A DNA stretch of 64,000 bases from an uncultured Actinomycetes bacterium. Its GTDB lineage: Bacteria; Actinomycetota; Thermoleophilia; Solirubrobacterales; Solirubrobacteraceae. Positions within the stretch are counted from its first letter, which is position 1, and the number at the start of each line of letters is the position of its first letter. Under the pieces are notes generated by a model. The model searched no databases, was not told the DNA's origin, and saw only the letters and a list, made by a program, of their open reading frames with translations. The translations under genes were made by a program, and so were the position numbers. This document shows, piece after piece, positions 1 through 9,899 of the stretch. The DNA is taken from assembly GCA_963806515.1 (NCBI GenBank), contig CAWDYO010000009.1:20179-84178 (forward strand). Reading direction: 5' to 3'.

Positions 1-1187
1 GCGTTCCACGCGTGGCTGTACACGATGTCCCGGCCGACGGCGTCGCAGCGCGACAGCCTCGCCGACTACGCCGCAAACGAGCTGCGCGTGGGGCTCGTGC
101 TGTTCTTCGTGCTGTCGGGCTTCCTGCTGTCGCGCCCGTGGTTCGCGGCAGCGCTCGAGGAGCGCCGCCCGCCCGACCTGCGCCGCTACCTGCGCTCGCG
201 CGTCGCGCGCATCGCGCCGGCGTACTACGTCGCGCTCGTCGGCTCGATCGGCCTGCTGTGGGGCCTCGCCGGGACGCCGGGCCTGCGCCTGCCCCCGGCC
301 AGCGACCTGCCGCTGTACTTCCTCTTCGCGCAGAACACGTCGCCGTCGAGCGTCATGAAGCTCAACCCGCCGATGTGGTCGCTGGCGGTCGAGGTGGGCT
401 TCTACGCGCTGCTGCCGGTCATCGGCCTGCTGGCGACCAAGCTCGCGCCGCGACGGCGCGCCCAGGCGCTCGTCCCGCTCGCGCTGCTCGCGCTCGGCGT
501 GGCCTGGAACGTGGCGCTCGCCGGCCGCGGCCTCGGGATGACGTACTCCAAGACGCTCGCCGCGATGCTCCCGTACTTCGCGATCGGGATGCTCGCGGCG
601 CTCGCGCTCTACCGCCGGACGCCGAGCGCCCGGGCGCGACGCACGATGATCGCGGCCGGCGTCCTGCTCGTCGTGTGCGACGCGGTCGCCAAGACCGCGG
701 TGCCGGCATCGGGCTCGTCGACTCGAACCTGCTCTTCTCCATCGTCCGCGACGGCCTGTCGGCCCTCGGCTTCGCGCTCGTCATCGCCGCGGCGGCTGCG
801 GCGCCCGACGGGCGGGTGCTCGGCAACCGGGTCCTCGCCGGCCTCGGCACGATCTCCTACGGCTTCTATCTCTGGCACGTCCCGGTGCTCGTGTTCCTGC
901 GCGGCCACGGCCTGTTGCCGCTGGACTTCGTGCTCGGCGTCGCCGTGGCGCTGCCGGTGGCGCTGGCCGTGTCGGCCCTGAGCTGGGTCGTCGTCGAGCG
1001 GCCGCTCATCGAGCGGGCGGCGCGGCGCAACGGGCGCTCGCGCGCCGCGCGCCGAGCCGCGTGCTGCGCGACCGCGCCCGGCGTCAAGCAGCGGCGGCAG
1101 CGGCGTCGACCGCCGCGCCGGCGGGCGCGAGGTCGGCGCAGTCCGCGCCTAGCCACCGCGAGCCATAGCGGCGCATGTCGTCGATGA
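1..1187 (+). pseudogene. Acyltransferase family 3 (membrane O-acyltransferase); 5' end outside window; apparent frameshift near 700-712
   Basis: The frame of ORF 25..981 gives 'ELRVGLVLFFVLSGFLLSRPW...NPPMWSLAVEVGFYALLPVI', a TM core typical of acyltransferase_3. The C-terminal third, 'ISYGFYLWHVPVLVFL...LSWVVVERPLIERAARR', continues only in the frame of ORF 12..1187. The reading frame is open to base 1. Confidence 0.6.
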
Positions 1188-1446
1188 TCGGCAGCAGCGC
1201 GCGACCCTTCTCCGTCAGCACGTACTCGACCCGCGGCGGCACCTCGGCATAGGTGTCGCGCTCGACGATCCCCTCCTCCTCCAGCGCACGCAGGCGCAAC
1301 GAGAGCGTGCGCGGGCTGATGCCCTGCAGGGAGCGCTCGAGCTCACAGAAGCGCGAGCGGCCCTCGGAGAGGTCGCGAATCAGCAGCAACGTCCACTTGC
1401 CGCAGACGATTTCGGCCGTCTTGCAGACCGGACATGTGTCGTCCAT
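1084..1446 (-). CDS. HxlR-family winged-helix transcriptional regulator
   Basis: 120 aa. 'CPVCKTAEIVCGKWTLLLIRDL..FCELERSLQGISPRTLSLRLRALEEEGIVER..YVLTEKG' is the HxlR signature. Confidence 0.85.
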   Translation of the reverse strand: MDDTCPVCKTAEIVCGKWTLLLIRDLSEGRSRFCELERSLQGISPRTLSLRLRALEEEGIVERDTYAEVPPRVEYVLTEKGRALLPIIDDMRRYGSRWLGADCADLAPAGAAVDAAAAAA

Positions 1447-1542
1447 AGGCCAACACTTTACAGACTGAAGCGAGCTACTCGGCAGGCCGGCGCCGAGCGG
1501 CCACGCGACGCGCGGCTTGGGGACCCGCTCGAGCGCGCGGCG

Positions 1543-2403
1543 TCAGCCGGCTGGCATGGCCGGCGGGGCGTACCCGTCGGCGTCGGTGCGCCCGCACGCG
1601 TCGCGCTGCGCCTCGATCTCGGCGAGGCGGCTCGCCATCGCCGGCTGGACCTGGCCGTAGGCGTCCGAGCCGAGGAGCAGCCGGCGGGGTGAGTCGTCGG
1701 ACTCGACGGCGGCGATCATCGCGTCGGCCACCTTCGCGGGATCGCCGACGAGCACCTCCTGCGCGATCGTCGGCAGCATCGTGCGCATGAAGCCCGCCGG
1801 GCCCTCGGCGTACTCGGGCATCGCGGCCGCCCAGGACGCCACCGCGAGGAACTCGTTGCGCACCGATCCGGGCTCGACGATCGTCGTCCGGATCCCGAAC
1901 GGCGCCACCTCCACCGCGAGCGTCTCGTAGAAGCCCTCCAGCGCCCACTTCGTCGTGCAGTAGATGCCCATCGCCGGAAACGCGGTCTGGCCGGCGGTGC
2001 TCGACAGCTGCACGAGGTGCCCGCCGCCCTGCGCTCGCAGCCACGGGAGAACGGCGCGCGCGAGCTGGATCGCCCCGACGAGGTTCGTCTGAAGCTGCCG
2101 TGAGATCTGCTCGTCGGAGAGCTCCTCGATCGCGCCGCACTCGGCGTACCCCGCGTTCGAGACGACCACGTCGATGCGATCGAACTGCGCGAACGCCTCC
2201 TCGACGACCTCCCTGATCCGGCCGACGTCGCAGACGTCCAGCTCACGGACCCAGATCGAGTCGCCGTAGCGCGCGGCGAGGTCGTCGAGCCGCGCAGGCT
2301 CACGCAGCGTTGCCGCCACGCGATCTCCGCGCTCGAGCAGGCGCTCGGTGAGCGCGCGGCCAAGGCCGCGGGAAGCCCCGGTGATGAGCCACGTGGTCGG
2401 CAC
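1543..2403 (-). CDS. Short-chain dehydrogenase/reductase (SDR) family oxidoreductase
   Basis: 286 aa. 'TGASRGLG' Rossmann motif, 'NAG', and the 'YCTTK' (YxxxK) catalytic motif. Confidence 0.85.
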   Translation of the reverse strand: MPTTWLITGASRGLGRALTERLLERGDRVAATLREPARLDDLAARYGDSIWVRELDVCDVGRIREVVEEAFAQFDRIDVVVSNAGYAECGAIEELSDEQISRQLQTNLVGAIQLARAVLPWLRAQGGGHLVQLSSTAGQTAFPAMGIYCTTKWALEGFYETLAVEVAPFGIRTTIVEPGSVRNEFLAVASWAAAMPEYAEGPAGFMRTMLPTIAQEVLVGDPAKVADAMIAAVESDDSPRRLLLGSDAYGQVQPAMASRLAEIEAQRDACGRTDADGYAPPAMPAG

Positions 2404-2458
2404 GGCGTGGAATTGAAGCGGGGCGGCGCAGCCCGGCGCACGGCTTGGCGCAGCGGCG

Positions 2459-3586
2459 CTACACGCCCACGCGCTGTGCTTCGGCTTGCTCGAGGTCGGC
2501 CATCGTCGTTCCCTTGCGCCCGTCGGAGGCGAGCAGGAGCTTGAAGTCGTGCGGGCTCGTCGCCGCCTTCATCGCCTCGGCGACGTCGACGCGCCCGGCC
2601 TTGACGTGGTGAAAGAGCGCCTGGTCGAAGGTCTGCATGCCGTAGTAGGCGCCCTCGCTGACGACCTCCGTGAGGCGGCCGGTCTGCGCCGGGTCCATGA
2701 TCATGTCGCGCACGCGGCCGGTCATCCGCAGGATCTCGCAGGTCGCGACGCGGCCACCGTCCGTCGAGCGCACGAGGCGCTGGGAGATGACGCCCTTCAG
2801 CGTGCCGGCGAGCATCGCGCGGACCTGCTGGTGCATGTGCGGCGGGAAGAAGTCGATGATGCGGTTGACGGTCTCGGCGGCGTCGACGGAGTGGACGGTC
2901 GACAGCACGAGGTGGCCGGTCTCCGCGGCGGCGAGCGCCGTGTGGACGGTCTCCTCGTCGCGCATCTCGCCGATGAGGATCACGTCCGGGTCCTGGCGCA
3001 GGACGCGCCGCAGCGCGCGCTTGAACGACAGGGTGTCCATGCCGATCTCGCGCTGGTTGATGATCGAGCGCTTGTCGACGTGCAGGAACTCGATCGGGTC
3101 CTCGATCGTCACCACGTGCTTGTAGTGGTTGACGTTCATGTGGTCGATCATCGCCGCGAGCGTCGTCGACTTGCCGGAGCCCGTCGTGCCGGTGAGCAGG
3201 ATGATCCCGCGCTCCTCGTCGGCCAGTTCGGAGATCACCGGGGGAAGGTTGAGCTCGGCGACGGTGCGGATCTTGTGCGGGATCGCGCGGGCGACGACGC
3301 TCAGCGTGCCGCGCTGGCGGAAGGCGTTGACGCGAAAGCGCGCGACGCCGGAGATCGAGTAGGAGAAGTCGACCTCGAACTCCTCGGCGAGCTCCGTGAG
3401 CTTGATCGGGTCCTTCAGCATCCAGCGGACCGCGGCCTCGGTGTCCTCGGGGGCCAGCACCGCGGTGTCCACGATCGGGCGCAGCTCGCCGTCGACGCGG
3501 GTCATCGGCTGGCGGTTGACTTTCAGATGCAGGTCGGAGCCGCCGTCGGCAACAAGCGTGCAGAGGGCGTTGTCGATGTCGAACAC
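2459..3586 (-). CDS. pilT: Type IV pilus twitching-motility ATPase PilT family
   Basis: Walker A 'GTTGSGKST', 'DPDVILIGEMRD', His-box 'TGHLVLSTVH'. The start is placed at GTG 3586 ('VFDIDNALCTLVADGGSDLHLKV') because the longer ORF to 3679 runs through the terminator hairpin of the upstream gene. The start is uncertain. Confidence 0.85.
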   Translation of the reverse strand: MFDIDNALCTLVADGGSDLHLKVNRQPMTRVDGELRPIVDTAVLAPEDTEAAVRWMLKDPIKLTELAEEFEVDFSYSISGVARFRVNAFRQRGTLSVVARAIPHKIRTVAELNLPPVISELADEERGIILLTGTTGSGKSTTLAAMIDHMNVNHYKHVVTIEDPIEFLHVDKRSIINQREIGMDTLSFKRALRRVLRQDPDVILIGEMRDEETVHTALAAAETGHLVLSTVHSVDAAETVNRIIDFFPPHMHQQVRAMLAGTLKGVISQRLVRSTDGGRVATCEILRMTGRVRDMIMDPAQTGRLTEVVSEGAYYGMQTFDQALFHHVKAGRVDVAEAMKAATSPHDFKLLLASDGRKGTTMADLEQAEAQRVGV

Positions 3587-3661
3587 GTGCGTCGCATCGG
3601 TCGCGACCTCCGCGGTCCTGAACCGTCTTCGGGGAACTGGACGAACGGCCGGTGACGACCT

Positions 3662-3689
3662 CCGGGCAGGGCGGGGCAACCCTGCCCGG
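3662..3689 (-). terminator. GC-rich hairpin downstream of the peroxidase gene (intrinsic-terminator-like, no U tract)
   Basis: Perfect 10-bp stem CCGGGCAGGG / CCCTGCCCGG with an 8-nt loop, 13 nt after the stop at 3702-3704. Confidence 0.5.
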
Positions 3690-3701
3690 AGGCTCGCCGG
3701 C

Positions 3702-5480
3702 TTACGCCGCGAGATCGGCGAACTGAAAGAAGTCCCGGATCGTGACGATCGGGCCTCCGCCGTTGGGGAGCTGGACGCCCTTGGAGGGATCCCAGGGCCC
3801 GTTCGGGGCGTTGAGGTACGAGCTCGAGTCGTTGCGCATGATCCCGATCTGCGTCTCGACGACGATGCGGCTGCCGAGCTCGCCGAGCGAGTTGCCGTCG
3901 GCGCGGGTCTCGGCCTCCTTGAGGATGTAGAACCACAGCGGCGTGTTGACGAGGAAGCCGCCGTTCTGCAGCGCCCGGTTCGTGTCGTCGGTGTTGTTCT
4001 TGCGCAGCTCCGCCTCGGTGAGCTTGTCGACGCCCATCGCGTCGGCAGCGGCCTGCCCGGTCGGGATGCTCAGCAGGTAGCCGCGCAGCAGGTTGCGCAC
4101 GGCGAGGCCGCGCAGCAGCTTGCGAACGGCGGTGCCGGCGTCGTCCTGGATCGCCGCGTCGGTGCCCTCGTTGACCATGTTCAGGATCGGCGGGGCGAGG
4201 CGCGTGTCGATCTTGCGAGCGAAGTGCGCCTCGTTGGGGTCGGACTTGTTCGTCATCCGGTCCCACTCGATGATCCAGTTGAACGGCAGCGTCGGCAGGC
4301 CGCGGAACGGATCGCGGACGCTCTTGGTGATGTCCGCCGCGAGCGCGTGGCCGTTGCCCGTGAAGCGGAACAGGTCGTCGAAGCTCGCGAAGCGCTGGAC
4401 CGGCGTCACGCTGGCCGGCACCGGAGCGCCGAAGTTGCGGTTGTGGTCATAGCCGCCGCGCACCATCGTGTGGCCGAAGCGGAACGCCGCGACCGAGTAC
4501 TCCAGCGGCGCGAACAGGTCGCCGTTGGGCAGTGGCTCGTACTCCTTCGTGCCGCCGACGAGGATCTTGTCGACGATGCCCGGCAGCGTCACGGTGGGCA
4601 GGTAGTCGTTGACGACCAGCCACTGGTAGTGGTAGCGCACGAGCCGCTGGACGACCGCGAACTTGTCCGCGTCGGAGGCGTCGGCCTCCAGGCCGAACGC
4701 GGTGAGGTTGTCCTCGACCTTGTCGGCGACCTTGTTGTGGAAGCGCAGCACCGCGAGGTGGAACTGGGCGACGATGAGGTTCTCGTCGTTGCGCAGGTCG
4801 CCGATGAACGGCCGGGTCTTGACCTCTTCGTCAGACAGGGGCTTCAGGCCGACGGGGATGTCGTCGAACGTGATGATGCCGTCGGCGACCATCGGTCCGA
4901 TGCGCGGCAGGTCGCGGCTGAGATCCTCGACCGGCGGGATCTTCACGCCCGGGATGCCAGGCCCGTCGGCGTTCTCGCCGACGCGCATCCGGATCCCGTC
5001 GTACATCGGGGTGTCGGGCCCGCCGACGTCGATGCAGGGGTAGTCGCGGCTCAGGCCGGGGCCGTTGCCGTAGACGCTGTCGAGATCGAACGTCGGGCGG
5101 CGAAGGTTCACGATGCCGCCCGGAACGTCCGTCGCCGGGATCGGCGTGATCGGGTTCTTCGTGATGTCGCCGATCGGCCGGCCGTCCTTGTCGGGGCGAT
5201 CGGTGTTGGCCGTCATGTCGTGATCGATGAACTGGCCCCAGTAGGTGTAGACCGCGGGGATCGTCGAGTTGACCTCGACGGCGTCCGGCGCGGTCGCCGG
5301 GGCGTTGTCGATGAGCGACTCGCCGAGCCGCGTCAGATCCCTCGTGACCTTGGTGGGATCACCGGGAAGATGGGCGTTCGCGTCGGTCTTGAGCTCCGGA
5401 AGCAGATACTCGAACGGCGACTGGATCGGCGGCTCCGTCCCGGTGACGTGGACGTGCTGGCCGTGCTTCATGACGAGCAT
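3702..5480 (-). CDS. Haem peroxidase of the peroxidase-cyclooxygenase (animal-type) superfamily
   Basis: 592 aa. Distal-His motif 'YWGQFIDHD', 'GDLRNDEN', 'AQFHLAVLRFHN', and proximal-His motif 'AAFRFGHTMV'. Confidence 0.8.
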   Translation of the reverse strand: MLVMKHGQHVHVTGTEPPIQSPFEYLLPELKTDANAHLPGDPTKVTRDLTRLGESLIDNAPATAPDAVEVNSTIPAVYTYWGQFIDHDMTANTDRPDKDGRPIGDITKNPITPIPATDVPGGIVNLRRPTFDLDSVYGNGPGLSRDYPCIDVGGPDTPMYDGIRMRVGENADGPGIPGVKIPPVEDLSRDLPRIGPMVADGIITFDDIPVGLKPLSDEEVKTRPFIGDLRNDENLIVAQFHLAVLRFHNKVADKVEDNLTAFGLEADASDADKFAVVQRLVRYHYQWLVVNDYLPTVTLPGIVDKILVGGTKEYEPLPNGDLFAPLEYSVAAFRFGHTMVRGGYDHNRNFGAPVPASVTPVQRFASFDDLFRFTGNGHALAADITKSVRDPFRGLPTLPFNWIIEWDRMTNKSDPNEAHFARKIDTRLAPPILNMVNEGTDAAIQDDAGTAVRKLLRGLAVRNLLRGYLLSIPTGQAAADAMGVDKLTEAELRKNNTDDTNRALQNGGFLVNTPLWFYILKEAETRADGNSLGELGSRIVVETQIGIMRNDSSSYLNAPNGPWDPSKGVQLPNGGGPIVTIRDFFQFADLAA

Positions 5481-5606
5481 GTAGCTCTCCTTGTGGATGG
5501 TACGCCTGTCCTGCGCGCAGACGTCCTGGTCTTTGGCTTTGGGGGGAAGTGCCGGCGGCTCGACCTCACCTGAACGAGAGATCGAGCCTTCGGCGACTAG
5601 AGGGCG

Positions 5607-6236
5607 TCAAGCAGCGCGTAGATACGTGGCCGGTGTGATGTCCGTCACATCCGCGACGGGCTCGGCCTCGTCGCGCTCTGCGCCGAGACGGGCGCCCCCG
5701 ACGGTCGCGGCGAGCACGAGCGCCGCGCCGACGATGATGACGTCCTTGATGACGTACTGCCCGACGAGCGTCGGCGCGCCGTGCGGGCCGCCGAACAGCT
5801 GCCCCGGCAGCAAGACGATCGGCGACATGATCCCGACGAGCTGGATCGCCAGCAGGTAGACCGCGCCGCGCATCGCGCGACCGCTGATGAGCCACAGCCC
5901 GAGCACCGTCTCGAGCAGCGCGACCGCGACGAGCGCGACGCCACCGGGGACGATGCCGAACGTGAGGATGGCCATCGTCTGCTCGACGAGGTCCTGTGCG
6001 GGGCTGACGCCGGGGAAGAACTTCAGCACGCCGAAGGCGAGCAGGACGGCGCCGATGCTCACGCGGAGGATGGCGATGCTGTGCAGGATGAGCCAGCGCT
6101 GACAGGCCGCCTCGGCAGCGCGCAGGCGCGCATCCACGCCGACGAGGCTGGGCGTCGCGTCGATGCGCGACCGCACAGGCTGTGCAACAGCCGTGGCGTA
6201 GCGGACGAGCAGATCGGGGATGGGGAAGGCGGACAT
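5607..6236 (-). CDS. DoxX-superfamily membrane protein, YkgB/RclC-like (DUF417-like)
   Basis: The start is taken at internal ATG 6236 ('MSAFPIPDLL'), preceded by AAGGA. 'ILRVSIGAVLLAFGVLKFFPG' and 'GQYVIKDVIIVGAALVL' resemble the conserved N- and C-terminal helices of E. coli YkgB. Four predicted TM helices. Confidence 0.6.
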   Translation of the reverse strand: MSAFPIPDLLVRYATAVAQPVRSRIDATPSLVGVDARLRAAEAACQRWLILHSIAILRVSIGAVLLAFGVLKFFPGVSPAQDLVEQTMAILTFGIVPGGVALVAVALLETVLGLWLISGRAMRGAVYLLAIQLVGIMSPIVLLPGQLFGGPHGAPTLVGQYVIKDVIIVGAALVLAATVGGARLGAERDEAEPVADVTDITPATYLRAA

Positions 6237-6438
6237 TCGGACGTCCTTTCGGCAGTGGTTGGCGTGACCGTCGCCAGCACTGTCGGGGAGGGTCACTGCC
6301 GCTTCACTGGCGCCGGATTGGCGCGCGCCGTGCGAAATGCTGGGGTCCGGACGTTCGGCCACGCGATGTATCTGGAGGGCCTGTTGCGCGCTCTCACGCG
6401 TACGAGTCACGCTCCGAGCGTTGATTCGCGACCCCCTT

Positions 6439-9400
6439 GTGCGCGTGCTCTCCGAACCCCCTCACGACAACCTTGGCTTTGGGTTGGCCAGCGGCGCAGG
6501 CGATTCCGCGACGTCCGCGCCGCCCCTGTCGCTCGCGCTGTTCGGCGGACTGCGGATTCGCTGCGGCGGCCGCGACCTCGCCGAGCAGCTCCCCGGTCGC
6601 CAGGGACGCGCCCTCGTCGCCTACCTCGTCCTGCATCGCGACCGCCCCGTCAGCCGCGACGAGCTGCTCGACGTGCTGTGGCCGTCGAACCCGCCGGCCG
6701 CGCCGGAGGCGGCGCTGACGAGCGTCCTCGCGAAGGTCCGCCGCGCGCTCGAACCGGGGCTCATCAGCGGCCGCCAGGCGCTGACGCTCGAGCTCCCGCC
6801 GGCCTCGCAGATCGACGTCGAGGTCGTGCAGGCGCAGGTCGCGCTTGCCGAGCGCGCGCTCGCCGATCGCAGCTCGGCTGCCGCGCTCGACATGGCGCGC
6901 GGCGTGCTCGACGTGCTCGGGCGCCCGCTGCTGCCCGATCTCACCGGCGACTGGATCGATGCGTGGCGCCAGCGCCTGGACGACCTCGCGCCGCGAGCGC
7001 TCGAGGTCGGCGCCAAGGCGGGCGTCGCGCTCGGCGACGGCTACCTGCCCGCGGCGGAGCGATTCGCGAGCGCGCTCGTCGCCCGCGAGCCGTTTCGCGA
7101 GGCCGGCTACGCCCTGCTCATGCAGGCGCAGGCGCGGCAGGGCAACGTCGCGGAGGCGCTGCTGACGTTCGAGCAGGTGCGCGTCTTCCTGCGCGACGAG
7201 CTCGGCGCGACGCCGTCGCCGTCGCTCGTCGCGCTGCACGAGCGCATGCTGCGAGAGGACCGCGAGCCGGCCCCGGCGCCGCTCGCGCCCGCCGCCGGCG
7301 CCGCGGTCATGCCCTCCGTGACGTCGCAGCTCATCGACGGCGCGTTCGTCGGGCGCGACGAGCTGTCCGCGAGGCTGCGCGCGCGCTGGGAGGAGAGCCG
7401 CAACGGTCCGACGCGCCTCGTGCTGCTCGTCGGCGAGGCCGGCGTCGGGAAGTCCCGCCTCGCGGCCGAGTTCGCCGAGGAGGTCCACGCGGCCGGCGCG
7501 ATCGTGCTCTACGGCCGCGCCGACGAGGATGCCCTGCTGCCCCACCAGCCGTTCGTCGAGGCACTGCGCCACCTCATCGCCCACGGCGATGCGGCGCTCG
7601 TCGCGGCGCGCCGAGCAGGACCGCGAGATCCTCTGCCGGCTGCTCCCCGACCTCGCGCCGCCCGGCGGCGCGCCCGCGGCCACCTCCGGCAACGACGACA
7701 CGCTGCGCTACCGGCTGTTCGAAGCGGTCGCGTCGCTGCTGCGCGCGGCGAGCGACCGGTCGCCGCTGCTGCTCGTCCTCGACGACCTGCACTGGTCCGA
7801 CAAGCCGACGTTGCTCTTGCTGCGCCACCTCCTGCGCCACCAGCAGCTCACGAACACGCTGATCGTCGGGACGTTTCGGCCCGTCGAGGTCGGTCGCGAC
7901 CACCCGTTGCTGTCACTCCTCGGCGACCTGCACCGCGAGCGCCGCTACGACCGCCTGATCGTGCCCGGCCTCGACGACGCCGCGACGCGCGCGCTCGTCG
8001 CCGATCGCCTCGGACGGCCGGTCACGGCGAAGTTCATCCGGCGCCTGCGCCAGCAGACCGAAGGCAACGCGTTCTTCATCGAGGAGACGATCCGCGCGCT
8101 CGTCGAGAGCGGGCTCTCGGCCGACGAGGCCATCTCCGACGGCGAGCTCGAGCGCGTCGGCGTGCCGGAGGGCGTCGCGGAGATCGTCGGCCGGCGCGTG
8201 AGCAACCTCTCCGAGCTCGCGGCCGAGACGCTGACCGCCGCATCGGTCGCGGGCCGCACCTTCCGCCTGGCGATCGTGGCCGAGATCGTCGGCGAGACGC
8301 CCGTGCGCGTCATGGGCGCGCTCGAGGAGAGCATGGAGGCCGGGCTCGTCCGCGAGGACCCTGAGCGCATCGACGTGTTCGCCTTCACGCAGGCCCTGGT
8401 ACGCGAGGTGCTCTACGACCGCATCAGCCTCAGCCGCCGCGTGCGGCTGCATCGCAGCGTCGCGGAGGCGCTCGAGATCCTCGCCCGCGCAGGCGCGGTC
8501 AACCCGGCGGAGCTCGCGCATCACTTCCTCGCGGCGCGGCAGGTCACCGGCCCCGATCCCGCGCGGCGCTACGCGATCGCGGCGGGCGACCGCGCCACCG
8601 AGCTGCTCGCCTACGAGGAGGCCGTCGAGCACTATCGCCAGGCGGCGACGCTGTGTCGCGACGACGACGAGCCGGCGCGCTGCGACGTGCTGCTCTCGCT
8701 CGGACGAGCGCAGTGGCGGGCGGGCAGCGACGACGCCCGCGGCACGTTTCGCTCCGCGGCCGCGAGCGCGGCGCGGCGCGGCGACGCGGACCAGCTCGTC
8801 CGCGCGGCGCTCGGCCACGGCGCCCGCTACCACGAGTCCGGCTACGCGGGCGCCCGCCACGAGCTGCTCGAACAGGCGCTGGCGGCCGTCGGAAGCGGCG
8901 ACAGCGCGCACCGTGTCCTGCTGCTCAGCCGGCTCGCCGGGAACGCGGCGTTCGCGGCGGGACAGCGCGAGCGCGCCGAGGACGCGAGCGCCGAGGCGCT
9001 CGCGATCGCCCGGCGACTGGGCGACGAGAGCCTGCTGCTCGCGGGCCTGCGAGCACGCCACTCGACCCTGCTGCACGTCCGCCACCTCGACGAGCGGCTG
9101 CGGCTCAGCGCGGAGCTCATGGAGCTCGACGTCGAGTCTCGCGAGTCGCTGGCCGAGCGCCGGCACTGGCGCCTGTACGACCTGCTCGAGAGTGCGGACA
9201 TCGATGCCGCGCACGACGAGCATCGCGCGCTCGGAGAGCTGGCCACGCAGCTGCGCCAGCCGCAGTGGAACAGCATCGCCGCGGGCTGGCGCGGCGTCCT
9301 GGCGGAGCTCGCCGGCGACCTCGAGCTCGCCGAGCGCTGCGCCGACGAGTGCCTTGCGCTCGGCCGGCGCGCGCACATGCGCGACGCGACCGGCACGTGG

Positions 9401-9889
9401 ACGGCGAAGCTGCTCATGCTGCGCGGCCGCCAGGGCCGGCTGCACGAGCTCGCGCCGATGGTCGCGCAGCTCGTCACCAAGGACCAGGTGCGCAAGACCG
9501 GCTGGCGCAGCACCTACGGCCTGATGCTCGCCGGGCAGGGCGACACCGCGGGTGCCGGCGCGATCTACCGCGAGGAGCTGCGCACGTACGAGTCGGCGCT
9601 GCCGGCGTTCTGGCTGACGAGCGTCGCGATGCTGACCGAGCTGTGCGCCGCGCTGCAGGATGTCGACGGGGCGCAGACGCTGTACGGCGCGCTGTCGCCG
9701 TATGCGGGGCGCGCGATCGTCGTCTCCTACTCGTCGTGCTGGGGTCCCGTCGATCGGCCGCTCGCGCTGCTGGCCGGGGTGCTCGGCGACGACGAGGCGC
9801 GCCGGCGACACGCGTCCGCTGCCCTCGCGCAGGCGCACCGGATGCATGCGCCGCTGCTGGCGGCCGAGCTGGACGACCTGCTGCGCTGA
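6439..9889 (+). pseudogene. SARP (AfsR/DnrI-type) regulator: OmpR-type wHTH + BTAD + P-loop ATPase + TPR; apparent frameshift at about 7600-7612
   Basis: ORF 6337..8364 carries 'LFGGLRIRCGGRDL..GRQGRALVAYLVLH..SRDELLDVLWP', BTAD 'EAGYALLMQAQARQGNVAEALLTFEQVRVFLRDELG' and Walker A 'GEAGVGKS'. Walker B 'LLLVLDDLHWSD' and the TPR-like C-terminus continue in the frame of ORF 7529..9889. The start (GTG 6439, TTG 6421 or GTG 6445) is uncertain. Confidence 0.75.
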
Positions 9890-9899
9890 CGGCGCCGCG

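Noticed and set aside
2459-3586. PilT as evidence for a type IV pilus locus
   Set aside because: No pilB, pilC, pilM-Q, pilin or prepilin peptidase gene is adjacent, so it is treated as an isolated retraction-ATPase paralogue.
3587-3679. N-terminal extension of PilT from TTG 3679
   Set aside because: The extension is Arg/Pro-rich and runs through the terminator-like hairpin (3662-3689) of the upstream peroxidase gene. PilT homology starts at 'FDIDNALCTLV'.
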